64,000 nucleotides of DNA from an uncultured Chloroflexia bacterium (GCA_963749705.1 CAVVNQ010000007.1:32001-96000); one strand, 5' to 3'. Counted from the first letter of the stretch, positions 31,752-41,846 are shown. Notes: a model not told the origin generated them from the sequence alone. Made by a program: numbers and translations.

Positions 31752-32417
31752 GTGGGCAGCTGCTGCGGCGGAGGCATTCCCTCCTGCGAACACGTCTTTG
31801 ACCAGCGGACGGCGGACGACGACCTGCGCCGGTTTCGCGCAGGCGGTCCGTCGTGGGCGACGAGCGAGCTGATCGACGCGCTGACCGACGGGCTCGACGT
31901 ATCCGGCCTCTCGGTGGTCGACATCGGTGGCGGCGTCGGGGCGGTCCACATCGGGCTGCTCGAGCTCGGTGCCCGGGATGCGGTCGACATCGACGGATCG
32001 AGCGCGTACCTCGCGGCCGCGCGGGCCGAGGCGACGCGGCGCGGTCTCGATGACCGGGTCACCCACATCCTGGGCGACGTGACCGGCCTGGTCGGCGATG
32101 TCGCACCGGCTGACCTGGTGGCGCTTGACCGCGTGGTCTGCTGCTATGCCGATGCGCCGGCGCTGGTGGCGGCGGCCGCGGCGCTCGCGACCCGGCGGGT
32201 GGGTCTCGTGTATCCGCGCGACACCTGGTGGATCCGGATCGGGGTCACCATCTCCAACCCGATCATGTTCCGTCGATCGGCCGGATACCGGATGCGCGTC
32301 CATCGCCCGACGCTGCTCGCCGCAGTGTTGCGCACGGCGGGCTTCCGACGCCGACGGATCCGCGACGGGCACGTGTGGCGCGTCGAGGCCTGGGAGCGCG
32401 AGGCACCGGCAGCGTAG
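31752..32417 (+). CDS. Class I SAM-dependent methyltransferase (BchM-like)
   Basis: VVDIGGGVG SAM-binding motif, DLVALDRVVCCY. Confidence 0.8.
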   Translation: MGSCCGGGIPSCEHVFDQRTADDDLRRFRAGGPSWATSELIDALTDGLDVSGLSVVDIGGGVGAVHIGLLELGARDAVDIDGSSAYLAAARAEATRRGLDDRVTHILGDVTGLVGDVAPADLVALDRVVCCYADAPALVAAAAALATRRVGLVYPRDTWWIRIGVTISNPIMFRRSAGYRMRVHRPTLLAAVLRTAGFRRRRIRDGHVWRVEAWEREAPAA

Positions 32418-32450
32418 GTCGGCGGCGCGAACGGGGCGCCGTGGTCGATC

Positions 32451-32507
32451 CGAGTCGGCTACGCCGCGAGTCGGCTACGCCGCGAGTCGGCTACGCCGCG
32501 AGTCGGC
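32451..32507. repeat. 16-bp tandem repeat (~3.5 copies)
   Basis: CGAGTCGGCTACGCCG three times plus CGAGTCGGC, between convergent genes. Confidence 0.9.
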
Positions 32508-32517
32508 CGCGCGAACG

Positions 32518-33397
32518 TCAGGCCGCCGATCCGTCTCCCAGGACAGCGGCGAGCCGCGCCGCCCACCTCGCCCGGTCGGCCGCGGCGTCGGCCGTGGCCA
32601 GTCGCTCCAGGAGCTGGAGGGGCTGGAGCCAGGCGAACGCCCGGGGTTCGCGTTCCGGCAGCCCGGCGACGTCGGCGAACGATCGCCAGGCGGTCCGCGC
32701 CATGTCCGGGTGGTGATGGCCGACGACCCATGCGAACCATGCCCCGTCGAACAGCGGATGGGCGAGCCGGGCGCGGTCGAGGTCGAGGACCGCGGCCACA
32801 TCGGTTCCGCGCACGAGGACGTTGACGGGCGCGAGGTCGCCGTGGGCGAAGACCGACGGGACGCGGTCCGTGTCCCGGGCCGCGATGCCGAGGACCTCGC
32901 CGAGCCTCGCGGTGAGCGCGCTCATCCAGCAGGTCGGCGCAGCGCCGCAGCCACGCCCCACCGGTGGCCTGCAGGGCTTCGCCGGACGCCCAGTCGCCGG
33001 GGAGCGTGAGCGCGCCCGGGTCGATGGCGGACAGTCGGGCCGCGACCTGCCCACAGGTGCGCCCGACGACCATCGCTCCCGAACGGTCGCCCAGGAGCTC
33101 CGACCCCGGCCGCCCCTCGACGAACGGAATGGTGAGGATCGCGTGGCCGCCGTCACGCGCGACGAGCCGGGGCTCGGGGACCCGCAGGCCCGTGTGCCGG
33201 ACCGCGGCCCGGATCGAGCGTGGTCCGGGCTCCGTGGGTTCCGAGGCGTCGGCCCGACGCTGGACGACCAGCCGTCGCCCGTCACCCGTGAGGAGCCAGG
33301 TCTCATGGTCGAAGCCCCACCGTGCGCGGGTCGCGCTCGGGGCTCCGTCGGGCCGCGCGGCGAGGACCCAGGCGGGCGGCCGATCTCCGCTCACCAT
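32518..33397 (-). pseudogene. Aminoglycoside phosphotransferase/choline-kinase (APH) family gene split by a frameshift near 32918
   Basis: The N-lobe (WGFDHETW..LRVPEP..FVEGRPG) is in one frame and the catalytic HGDLAPVNVL and VLDLD motifs in another. Could be a sequencing error. Confidence 0.7.
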
Positions 33398-34365
33398 GCC
33401 TCGCGCCCGGGCGCACCGTCGTCAGCGTCCTCGAACTCGCCCGGCTCGACGGGACCGCCGGGCGTGACCTGGGCCGCCGGCGCGCTGCGGAGCGTGATGA
33501 TCCCGCCCACCGCGATCGTCGCCGCCCCGGCCACCGCGCGCGCGATGATCGCCTCGCCGAAGATGACGGCGCCCGCGGTGAACGACCACACCAGCGAGAG
33601 GTATCCCAGCGGGGCGAGATCGCTCGCCCGGCCGCGCTGGTAGGCGGCGACCAGCAGCCGGTGGCCAAGCAGCGCAGACAGGCCGACCACGCCGGTCCCG
33701 ATCCACTCCAGGGGCGTCGGCGACGTCGGCGTCGGCACCCCGACCTCGAGCACCAGCGCGGCCACCAGCCCGACCAGCCCGGAGAGGAACACCGTCACCT
33801 CGGCCGGCTCGTCGCTCAGCGAACGGGTGAGCAGGCTGAACAGGGCATAGGCCAATGCCGTTCCCAGCGGCACCAGCATTGCGAGCTTGAGCTCCGCCGC
33901 ATCGAGCCCGACCAGGATCACCACGCCCGTGAAGCCGATGATCGCGCCCAGCCCCGCAGCGCGGCTGACCCGCTCGCCGAGCAGCGGACCCGCGAGCAGG
34001 ACCACGATCAGGGGTGTCGTGTTTCCGAGGGCGCTGACCTCGGCGATCGGCAGCAGCGACAGGGCGAGGAAGTAGGTCGCGGTCGCGGCGAACATCGCCA
34101 GCCCACGGGCGAGCTGGGTCCACGGCCGCCTGGTCGCGAGCAGCCGGCCCGGATGCCGGCCGCCGGCGATCAGCGCGAACGCCACGAGGTAGGAGACGTG
34201 CCGGCCGAACACGACGTGCACCACGGGCTGCTGCCCGACGAGCGTCTTGGTCATCGAGTCCGTCGCGACGAACACGATCCCGGCGAGCATGAAGATGAGC
34301 GCGCCGCGGCGGGCCGTGGACAGGCCCGCGAAGCGAGCCGCGACCGGGTGGGTGGATGCGGTCAC
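33391..34365 (-). CDS. DMT (EamA) family transporter
   Basis: About 10 TM segments; two EamA repeats (LLGERVS, APLGYLSLVW..IFGE). Confidence 0.88.
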   Translation of the reverse strand: MTASTHPVAARFAGLSTARRGALIFMLAGIVFVATDSMTKTLVGQQPVVHVVFGRHVSYLVAFALIAGGRHPGRLLATRRPWTQLARGLAMFAATATYFLALSLLPIAEVSALGNTTPLIVVLLAGPLLGERVSRAAGLGAIIGFTGVVILVGLDAAELKLAMLVPLGTALAYALFSLLTRSLSDEPAEVTVFLSGLVGLVAALVLEVGVPTPTSPTPLEWIGTGVVGLSALLGHRLLVAAYQRGRASDLAPLGYLSLVWSFTAGAVIFGEAIIARAVAGAATIAVGGIITLRSAPAAQVTPGGPVEPGEFEDADDGAPGREAW

Positions 34366-34373
34366 CGGGTCGG

Positions 34374-35705
34374 TCAGTCGGGCAGGATGTCGGTCAGGTT
34401 CCCCATCGCGTCGAACCCGATCGGAGCCGGCGGGCGCTCCACCCGGCATCGCCCGGTGGCGAGCAGCTCGGGCAGGAGTCCCTCGGACGCGTAGAACCAC
34501 TCGAGGTGCTTCGTGTCCCGCAGCCGCACGATGCGCGCCGTGTCCGCGGACACCTTGAGGCAGCACGCGATCGCGGCGTCAAGCGCGTCCCGGTCCGTGT
34601 CCACCGTGAGCGCCACCCGCGCGCCCTCGGGGGTCTTGGCCGTGATGCAGTTCATGTAGGTCTTGGCCACGTCCATCGCGTCGGCCGCCCGCCCGAGGAC
34701 CACGTCGGCCATGCCGATCCCGACCGCGTTGCCCTCGGTGGCCTCGGTCAGGCCGCGGACGATGATCCGCTGGATGAGCGGGTCCCTGCCGGTGGGCCCG
34801 GTGTAGTAGCGTCCGACGACGTTGGAGTCCATCCCCAGCCCGCTGATGTCCTTGCCGATCTGGTCCAGGATCAGGACGTCGAGCGTGCTGAGCGGCAGCC
34901 GGGCGAGGTGCGCATCCGCCTCCTCCAGCAGCGCCCGCTCGCGCTGGTGCATCTCCGCGGCCGGGACGGCCTCGATCCGGCGAAGACGGGCATAGCCGTT
35001 CTCGATCAGGGCCAGGCCGAACGGGATCGGCGCCCTGGCAAGGGTGTGCTCGGCGACGGCGGGGATGAGCTCCGCGAAGGTGGAGAAGCCCTCGCGGTGG
35101 AAGGTGTCGGCACCGCGCTGCTTGCCGAGACCGATCGCGATCATCTTGAGCAGCCCGCTCTCGATCGGTCCCGAGAAGTCGGTGTGCGGCTTCACCCGGT
35201 TGACGGGGATGATGACGTCGGCGCCGGTCAGCGCCAGGCGATCAACGAACACGGGCACGCCCCGGACCTCGCCGATCTCCACCGTGTCCATGCTCGAGCG
35301 GATCTCACACCCGATGGTGTCCTCGCGGATCCCCAGCGAGGCGAGCACCGCCGCCTGGCCGTCCGCGGTCGCGCCGCCGTGACTGCCCATCGCGGGCACG
35401 GCGAACACCTCGAGCCCCGAGGCGCGGAGCGCCGCGACCGTCGCACGGGCGACCTCGGCGATCCGGTCGATGCCCCGGCTGCCCAGCGCCACGCACGCCC
35501 GGCCCCCCGTCGGCAGCCGGTCGCGCACCGGCGCGAGAGCGTCGGCCACGGCCGAATCGATGTCACCGACCTCGGTCCGGTCCATCTCGTGCCGGACCAG
35601 GGCCCACGAGGGGAGCGCCTCGTGGCGGAACACGTCAAGCCACGAGCCGGGCGCACGCGCCCCGATCTCGGGGACCGGCGGATCGTCGTCCCGGCGGATC
35701 GTCAT
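34374..35705 (-). CDS. LarA-like (lactate racemase N-terminal domain/DUF2088-DUF362) protein
   Basis: GSRGI, PAMGSHGGATADGQ, NRVKPHTDF, ESGLLKMIAIGLGK, GKDISGLGMD, GNAVGIG motifs. Confidence 0.8.
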   Translation of the reverse strand: MTIRRDDDPPVPEIGARAPGSWLDVFRHEALPSWALVRHEMDRTEVGDIDSAVADALAPVRDRLPTGGRACVALGSRGIDRIAEVARATVAALRASGLEVFAVPAMGSHGGATADGQAAVLASLGIREDTIGCEIRSSMDTVEIGEVRGVPVFVDRLALTGADVIIPVNRVKPHTDFSGPIESGLLKMIAIGLGKQRGADTFHREGFSTFAELIPAVAEHTLARAPIPFGLALIENGYARLRRIEAVPAAEMHQRERALLEEADAHLARLPLSTLDVLILDQIGKDISGLGMDSNVVGRYYTGPTGRDPLIQRIIVRGLTEATEGNAVGIGMADVVLGRAADAMDVAKTYMNCITAKTPEGARVALTVDTDRDALDAAIACCLKVSADTARIVRLRDTKHLEWFYASEGLLPELLATGRCRVERPPAPIGFDAMGNLTDILPD

Positions 35706-35713
35706 CGCCTTCC

Positions 35714-36490
35714 TCAGATCGTCATGGCCGTGAAGCCCCCGTCCACGCGGACGATGGCTCCCGTCACGTAGCCCGATGCCGCGTCGGAGGCCAGCCACAC
35801 CGCGGTTCCGACGAGCTCGTCAGGCTCGCCCAGCCGGCCGGCCGGCGTGTGCGAGACGATCGCCGCGAGGCGGTCGTCGGACAGCAGCGCCCGGTTCTGC
35901 TCGGCGGGGAAGAAGCCGGGCGCGATGGCGTTGACCCGGATGCGGTGTGGCGCGAGCTCGCGCGCGAGGTACTGGGTCAGGTTGTTCAGCCCGGCCTTGG
36001 CCACCGAGTAGGCCAGCACCCGCGACAGCGGGGGCCCGGACGAGGCGGACGAGATGTTGATGATCGACCCCCCGCGGCCGGCCTCGACCATGCCCCGGCC
36101 GAACACCTGGCAGGCCACGAACACCGACGTCAGGTTCGCGTCCAGGAGGCGCCGCCACTCATCGAGCTCGATGTCGAAGAACGGGGTCGAGCTGTTGACG
36201 CCCGGCGCGTTCACGAGGATGTCGACTGGGCCCAGCCGGGCCTCGACCTCGCGCCGCGCCGCCTCGACCGTCGCGGGGTCGGTGGCGTCGACGTGGACCG
36301 CGATCGCCCGGACCCCGGCGGCCTCCAGGGCCGCAACCCGGATCGCCGCGCGCTCCTCCGAGCGACCGAGCACGGCCACCGCGGCGCCCGCCGCACCGAG
36401 CCCATGACTGATGCTGCCGCCCAGGACGCCCGTACCGCCGATCACGACGGCCACCCGGCCGTCCAGATCGAAAACGCCGGTCGTGGTCAT
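35714..36490 (-). CDS. SDR oxidoreductase (mannonate/gluconate dehydrogenase-like)
   Basis: GGTGVLG, YSVAKAG, RVNAIAPGFFPAEQNR, HTPAGRLG. Confidence 0.88.
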   Translation of the reverse strand: MTTTGVFDLDGRVAVVIGGTGVLGGSISHGLGAAGAAVAVLGRSEERAAIRVAALEAAGVRAIAVHVDATDPATVEAARREVEARLGPVDILVNAPGVNSSTPFFDIELDEWRRLLDANLTSVFVACQVFGRGMVEAGRGGSIINISSASSGPPLSRVLAYSVAKAGLNNLTQYLARELAPHRIRVNAIAPGFFPAEQNRALLSDDRLAAIVSHTPAGRLGEPDELVGTAVWLASDAASGYVTGAIVRVDGGFTAMTI

Positions 36491-36609
36491 CGATCAAATG
36501 CCTTTCCGTGCTTCCCCACCGGGCGCGTCTTGGCTGTCGGTCGTCGCCTGCCTGAAGCACCGACGTCATCCGCCAGTATGGCCCTTGCAGGCGCTGTGTC
36601 CAAGGGTCT

Positions 36610-36622
36610 ACTGTAGGACAAT
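36610..36622. promoter_or_regulatory. Putative GntR operator in the divergent SDR/cupin promoter region
   Basis: Reverse complement ATTGTCCTACAGT matches ATTGTCCGACAAT at 11/13. Confidence 0.5.
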
Positions 36623-36662
36623 CAACTATCGTTCATCACGGCAGAAACCCGAGGTGCAGGGC

Positions 36663-37130
36663 GTGACGCAGTACGTCTTCGATCCGCACGACGTGATCCG
36701 GTACCGGTACCCGACCCACACCAACGACCTGATCATGGACCGCCAGCACGCCTCGGCCGCCGAGGCGTTCTTCGTGATCCTCGAGCCCGGCGAGGCGCCC
36801 CCGATCCACACCCACGACGATGCCGAGCAGGTGTTCTTCATCCTCGAGGGCAAGGGCGAGCTGGGCATCGGGCCCGAGGCAGCCGAACGGTATCCGCTCG
36901 AGCCGGGCGACTTCGTCCGCACCCCGCCGGGCGTGCCGCACGCCGTGAGCTGCATCGGCGAGAGCCGGTTCGTGTACCTGAGCATCGACTGCTTCGTCGC
37001 CGGCCCCAACCCCGCCGAGCCGACCTGGGACAGCCACGTCCACCAGATGTGCGCCACCAACGGCTGGGACTTCGACACCGTGAAAGAGGGGCCGATCGAC
37101 GGCGAGACGTACGTCGCCCGCGGCGGCTGA
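36663..37130 (+). CDS. Cupin domain protein
   Basis: PIHTHDDAEQVFFILEG and PPGVPH cupin motifs; GAGG RBS before GTG. Confidence 0.85.
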   Translation: MTQYVFDPHDVIRYRYPTHTNDLIMDRQHASAAEAFFVILEPGEAPPIHTHDDAEQVFFILEGKGELGIGPEAAERYPLEPGDFVRTPPGVPHAVSCIGESRFVYLSIDCFVAGPNPAEPTWDSHVHQMCATNGWDFDTVKEGPIDGETYVARGG

Positions 37131-37179
37131 CGTCGGTGCCGGGCGCCCGCAGGCTGCGGGCGCGATTCGAGGAGGAGCA

Positions 37180-37503
37180 ATGATCAAGCAGTTCGCCGAC
37201 CTCGCCGTCGAGCCCCAGCCCTACGCGGACTACCGGCCGATCTTCGAGACCAACCGGCTCAACGTGACCCACGTGCGGATCCATCCCGGCGAGACGGTCC
37301 CGACGCATACCCACCACGACGAGGACCAGGTCTACTACGTGGCCTCGGGCACCGGGTACGTCGTCCTCGACGGGCAGCGCACGGACGTGTCCGCGGGGAG
37401 CAGCGTGCTGATCCCGATCGGCACCGAGCACGAGATCACGAACACCGGCGCGGACGTGCTGGACTACGTGTTCTTCGTCGTGTTCGTCCCGGCCCACGCA
37501 TGA
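37180..37503 (+). CDS. Cupin domain protein
   Basis: HTHHDEDQVYYV and IPIGTEHEITN motifs. Confidence 0.87.
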   Translation: MIKQFADLAVEPQPYADYRPIFETNRLNVTHVRIHPGETVPTHTHHDEDQVYYVASGTGYVVLDGQRTDVSAGSSVLIPIGTEHEITNTGADVLDYVFFVVFVPAHA

Positions 37504-38267
37504 CCGAGCTCGTTCGCGATCGCCTGCGGGTGATCGTCCAGCCGGATCGGCCCACGCTGGGTGCCGCGGCAGCGGCGTACTCGGCGGATCGCCTTCGAAG
37601 CCTCCTCGACCACCAGGATCGGGTGCGGGTGATCTTCGCCGCAGCCGCCTCGCAGAACGAGATGCTGGCTGCGCTTGGCCAGACCGAGGGCATCGACTGG
37701 GCGCGGGTGGACGCGTTCCACCTCGACGAGTACGTCGGGCTGCCGCTGGGCCACCCGAGGTCGTTCGGGCGGTGGCTCCACGACCACATCTGGTCACGCG
37801 TCAATCCCGGCCGGGTGGAGCGGATCGACGGCGGCAACCCCGCCGGCGGCGCGGCCGAGGCCGCCCGCTACGGCGCGCTCCTTGCGGACGGCGGCATCGA
37901 CCTCGCGCTCGTCGGCGTCGGGGAGAACGGACACGTCGCCTTCAACGACCCCCACGTCGCGGACTTCGACGATCCCGTGTGGATGAAGCCCGTCGAGATC
38001 GACGACACCAGCCGCCACCAGCAGGTCCGCGACGGCGCGTTCGACCGGTTCGAGGACGTGCCCCGCACCGCGCTCACCGTCACCATGTCCACGATCCGCG
38101 CCTGCCGGGTCGTCTCGCTGGTCGTCCCGGGGCCGCAGAAGGCTGCCGCCATCGCGGCGATGCTGGACGGTCCGGTCAGCACCGCCTGTCCGGCCTCCGT
38201 CCTGCGCGGCCACCCGGATGCCGTGCTGTTCGTCGACGAGGCCGCGGCCTCGGCGGCCCGCCGCTGA
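37500..38267 (+). CDS. nagB: Glucosamine-6-phosphate deaminase-like protein
   Basis: FAAAASQ, FHLDEYVGL, GVGENGHVAFNDP, CPASVLR motifs. Confidence 0.85.
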   Translation: MTELVRDRLRVIVQPDRPTLGAAAAAYSADRLRSLLDHQDRVRVIFAAAASQNEMLAALGQTEGIDWARVDAFHLDEYVGLPLGHPRSFGRWLHDHIWSRVNPGRVERIDGGNPAGGAAEAARYGALLADGGIDLALVGVGENGHVAFNDPHVADFDDPVWMKPVEIDDTSRHQQVRDGAFDRFEDVPRTALTVTMSTIRACRVVSLVVPGPQKAAAIAAMLDGPVSTACPASVLRGHPDAVLFVDEAAASAARR

Positions 38268-38323
38268 CGGCAGCCAGCCCGGTCCCGGCCGCGGAACGGC
38301 CGGTCCTGAACAGAGGAGTCACG

Positions 38324-39514
38324 ATGTCGAAGCTGGCAATCCACGGGGGCACGCCGGTCCGGACGAAGCCCTTCCTCGGCTGGCCGGTGTTCGGGACCGA
38401 AGAGGAGGACGCCCTGCTCGCGGCGCTCCGATCGGGCGTGTGGGGCTCCATCGACGGCACGTACGTCAAGGAGCTCGAGGTCGAGTTCGCGAAGCTCCAG
38501 GCCGCGCGCCACGGGATCGCCTGCGTCAACGGCACGATGGCGCTGTCGGTGGCCCTCAAGGCGCTGGGGATCGGGCCCGGCGACGAGGTCCTCGTCCCGC
38601 CGTACACGTTCATCGCCACGGCGAGCGCGGCGCTCATGGTCGGCGCGGTGCCGGTGTTCGTCGACGTCGAGCTGGACACGCTGCTCATCGACCCCAGCCT
38701 CATCGATGCCGCCGTCACCCCGCGCACCAAGGCGATCATCCCCGTCCACCACGGCGGCTCCCCGGTCGACATGGACGGCGTCATGTCCGCCGCGCAGCGA
38801 CACGGGCTCAAGGTCGTGGAGGACGCCGCGCAGGCCCACGGGTCCGCATGGCGCGGCCGGCCGGTCGGCGCGATCGGGGACGTGGGGACGTTCAGCTTCC
38901 AGTCCTCGAAGCCGATCAACGCCGGCGAGGGCGGGATGATGCTGACCAACGACGACGAGCTCGATGAGCTCCTGTGGTCGTACCGCAACGTCGGGCGGCG
39001 ACGTGGCGGGGAGTGGTACGAGCATGTCCGGCTGGGCTGGAACCTCCGGATGACCGAGTTCCAGGCCGCGGTGCTGCTCGAGCAGATGAAGCGCATGCCC
39101 GCGCAGCAGGCCCATCGAACCGAGGCGGCGGCGTACCTGTCGTCGAGGCTGCTCGAGATCCCGGGCGCGGTCCCGCTGCGCGTTCCCGACGGGGTCACCG
39201 CGCACAGCTGGTACACGTACCACTGGCGTTGGCTGGGTGAGCCCGATGGCGGCCTGCCCAAGCACCAGTTCGCGGAGGCGCTTCGCGCCGAGGGCGTGCC
39301 GGTGTTCCACGGCTACACGCCGCTCAACCGGAACCAGGCCGTGATCGACGAGATCGCGCGGCTCGGCGGGCCCGCACCGGTGCCCTGCCCGAACGCCGAG
39401 AAGGCCGAGGCGGACGAGATCCTGATGTTCTCGCTGTCGATCCTGATGGGCACGCACCAGGATCTCGATGACGTCGCCGAGGCGGTCGCCAAGGTTGCCG
39501 CGGTTCGCGCGTGA
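38324..39514 (+). CDS. DegT/DnrJ/EryC1/StrS PLP-dependent sugar aminotransferase
   Basis: NGTMAL, PPYTFIATA, EDAAQAHG, FSFQSSKPINAGEGG (PLP Lys), GWNLRMTEFQA. Confidence 0.92.
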   Translation: MSKLAIHGGTPVRTKPFLGWPVFGTEEEDALLAALRSGVWGSIDGTYVKELEVEFAKLQAARHGIACVNGTMALSVALKALGIGPGDEVLVPPYTFIATASAALMVGAVPVFVDVELDTLLIDPSLIDAAVTPRTKAIIPVHHGGSPVDMDGVMSAAQRHGLKVVEDAAQAHGSAWRGRPVGAIGDVGTFSFQSSKPINAGEGGMMLTNDDELDELLWSYRNVGRRRGGEWYEHVRLGWNLRMTEFQAAVLLEQMKRMPAQQAHRTEAAAYLSSRLLEIPGAVPLRVPDGVTAHSWYTYHWRWLGEPDGGLPKHQFAEALRAEGVPVFHGYTPLNRNQAVIDEIARLGGPAPVPCPNAEKAEADEILMFSLSILMGTHQDLDDVAEAVAKVAAVRA

Positions 39515-40572
39515 GCACACCCGCGGCCATCCGCGTCGGCCTGGTGGGCTGCGGGGCCATCTCGACCCAGCACCTCGAGGCCATCTCGGCGCTGCCGGCC
39601 CTGTCGCTCGCCGGTGTCGTCAGCGCGTCCGCGGACCGGGCACAGACCGTCGGCGAGCGGTGGGGCGTGCCGTGGACGACGGACCTCGGCGAGCTGCTCG
39701 GTCGGGACGACGTGGATGCGGTCACGATCGCCACGCCGTCCGGGTTGCACCCGGCCCAGGCGCTGGCAGCGCTGCGTTCCGGTCGCCACGTGATCGTCGA
39801 GAAGCCGATCGCCCTGTCGGTCGAGGATGCGGACGCCGTCGTGGCGGCGGGCCGCGAGCGCAACCTCACCGTCGCGACGATCTCGCAGCGCCGGTTCGAG
39901 CCCGCCGTGCGCGCGCTCCACGCGGCGATCGAGGCCGGGGCGCTGGGGACGATCTCGCTGATCATCGCCGAGGGTCTGTACCACCGGCCGCAGTCGTACT
40001 ACGACAGCGCCCCGTGGAGGGGCACGCGCGCCCTCGATGGCGGCGTCCTGATGAACCAGGCCATCCACGTGATCGACCTGCTGCGCTGGATGGGCGGACC
40101 GGTGGCGTCGGTCACGGGCCACGTCGCGACCCTGGGGCACCGGATGGAGGCGGAGGACACGGCCTCAGTCAGCCTCCGGTTCACCGGTGGCGCGCTGGGT
40201 GAGATCGTCGCCACCACCTGCGCCAACCCGGAGCTGCCCGTGGAGCTGCGCGTCTACGGGGATCGTGGGCACGTTCGCCTTGCCGGCGAGGCGGCCGTCG
40301 AGTGGGATGTCCCGGGCGTGCCGGCGCCGGAGCCCGCAACAGACGACGCCGCTGCCGTCGTGGATCAGCCGGGCGTCGGCGCCACGCAGACATGGGGCAC
40401 CAACGCGATCGGCTACCTGCGTCAGTACGCCGACTTCGTCGAGGCCGTCCGGACCGGCCGCCCGCCCGCGGTGACCGGCGATGACGGCCGCAACGCCGTC
40501 GAGATCATCACGGCCGCCTACGAGGCCGACCGTGCCGGACGAGCCGTCGTGCTCGGAGGAGGTTCGAGATGA
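39511..40572 (+). CDS. Gfo/Idh/MocA family oxidoreductase
   Basis: VGCGAIS, TPSGLH, EKP, WRGT..DGGVLMNQAIH motifs. Confidence 0.9.
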   Translation: MSTPAAIRVGLVGCGAISTQHLEAISALPALSLAGVVSASADRAQTVGERWGVPWTTDLGELLGRDDVDAVTIATPSGLHPAQALAALRSGRHVIVEKPIALSVEDADAVVAAGRERNLTVATISQRRFEPAVRALHAAIEAGALGTISLIIAEGLYHRPQSYYDSAPWRGTRALDGGVLMNQAIHVIDLLRWMGGPVASVTGHVATLGHRMEAEDTASVSLRFTGGALGEIVATTCANPELPVELRVYGDRGHVRLAGEAAVEWDVPGVPAPEPATDDAAAVVDQPGVGATQTWGTNAIGYLRQYADFVEAVRTGRPPAVTGDDGRNAVEIITAAYEADRAGRAVVLGGGSR

Positions 40573-41846
40573 AGGTCGGGGCGGCAAAGGTCGACATCAC
40601 GCCGCCGCTGGGGATGCAGCTCGAGGGCTTCGAGGTTCGCGTGGACGGCGCGACGGGCATCCATGACCCGCTGTACGCGCGGGCGATCGTCGCCGAGGGC
40701 GCCGACGGCACCACCGTCGCACTGCTGGTCGCGGACCTGCTCCAGGTCGATCCGCGGCTGCAGGGGCTGGTCGCCGACGAGGTGCTGGCGCGAACCGGCA
40801 TCACCCGGGAGCACCTGCAGCTGGCCGGGACGCACACGCACAGCGGACCGCGGCTGGCGGAGCCGTCCGACGCGGAGCGAGCCATCGGCCACGGCATCGC
40901 CGACGCGATCACGCACGCCTGGGAGCAGCGCCGCGAGGCGGTTGCCGCGGTGGGCATCGGCGAGGTGACCGGGATCGGCGCCAACCGGCGGCCCAACGGC
41001 GGTCCGGTCGACGACCGGGTCACGGTCACCCGGTTCGACGACGTCGACGGCCGGCCGATCGCGACCCACGTCAACTACGGCTGTCATCCGACCACGCTGG
41101 GTCCGAACAACCTGCTCTATACCGCCGACTACCCGGGCGTGCTCTGCCGGCTGGTGGACGAGGCGGTCGGCGGCGTGACCGTGTTCTCGACCGGTCCGCA
41201 GGGAGACGTGAACCCGGGTGGCTACTCGCCCGAGGGCAGCATGGTCGGGATCGTCGTCCCGTGGCGGACGTTCGAGTCCGCCGAGCGGTACGGCCGCCTG
41301 CTGGCAGACTGCGTCCTGGCCGTTCGGCCAGGGCTGGAGCCGCGCCCATCGGATCGCGTGTGGGGCGACGCGCGGGTGGTCGAGCTGCGGCGCAAGCGCC
41401 TGCCCGCACGCGATGTTGCCCGTGACGCGGCCGTCGCGGCGCGCGACGCCGAGCGCCTCGTCGTGGCCGCCGACATGAGCCCGGACGCCACCTACCACGC
41501 GCTCGTGGCCGCCGCCTACGCGGAGCTGGTCGCGAGCCAGGCGGCCGATCCCGATCGCGACGAACCCGTCCGGATCCGGGCGAGCGGGCTCGCCATCGGG
41601 CCGTTGCTCCACGTCGGCGTGTCGGGCGAGCTGTTCGTGGCGCTCGGCCAGCAGATCCGGCGGACGCTGGGCGATGGGCAGACCTGCGTCGCGGCACTGT
41701 GCGACGGCACGGTGGGCTACATCCCGACCGCCGAGGCATTCGCGATCGGCGGATACGAGCCCAACGCCAGCGTGCTCCACCCGGGCGAAGGCGAGCGGCT
41801 GGTCGACGCCGCCGTCGACCTCGCGTCCAGGGCACCCGCAGCCTGA
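40569..41846 (+). CDS. Neutral/alkaline ceramidase-like amidohydrolase
   Basis: DITPP, HDPLYARA, THTHSGP, NRR, NYGCHPT, ADYPG, GDVNP, GYIPT, GGYE motifs. Confidence 0.82.
   Translation: MKVGAAKVDITPPLGMQLEGFEVRVDGATGIHDPLYARAIVAEGADGTTVALLVADLLQVDPRLQGLVADEVLARTGITREHLQLAGTHTHSGPRLAEPSDAERAIGHGIADAITHAWEQRREAVAAVGIGEVTGIGANRRPNGGPVDDRVTVTRFDDVDGRPIATHVNYGCHPTTLGPNNLLYTADYPGVLCRLVDEAVGGVTVFSTGPQGDVNPGGYSPEGSMVGIVVPWRTFESAERYGRLLADCVLAVRPGLEPRPSDRVWGDARVVELRRKRLPARDVARDAAVAARDAERLVVAADMSPDATYHALVAAAYAELVASQAADPDRDEPVRIRASGLAIGPLLHVGVSGELFVALGQQIRRTLGDGQTCVAALCDGTVGYIPTAEAFAIGGYEPNASVLHPGEGERLVDAAVDLASRAPAA

Noticed and set aside
31752-32417. bchM, implying phototrophy
   Set aside because: Only a generic SAM-methyltransferase resemblance; no other bacteriochlorophyll genes in the window.
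32451-32507. CRISPR array
   Set aside because: The repeats are contiguous 16-mers without spacers and there are no cas genes.
32518-33397. Aminoglycoside resistance gene
   Set aside because: Only the broad APH/choline-kinase fold motifs are visible, the gene is frameshifted and the context is catabolic.
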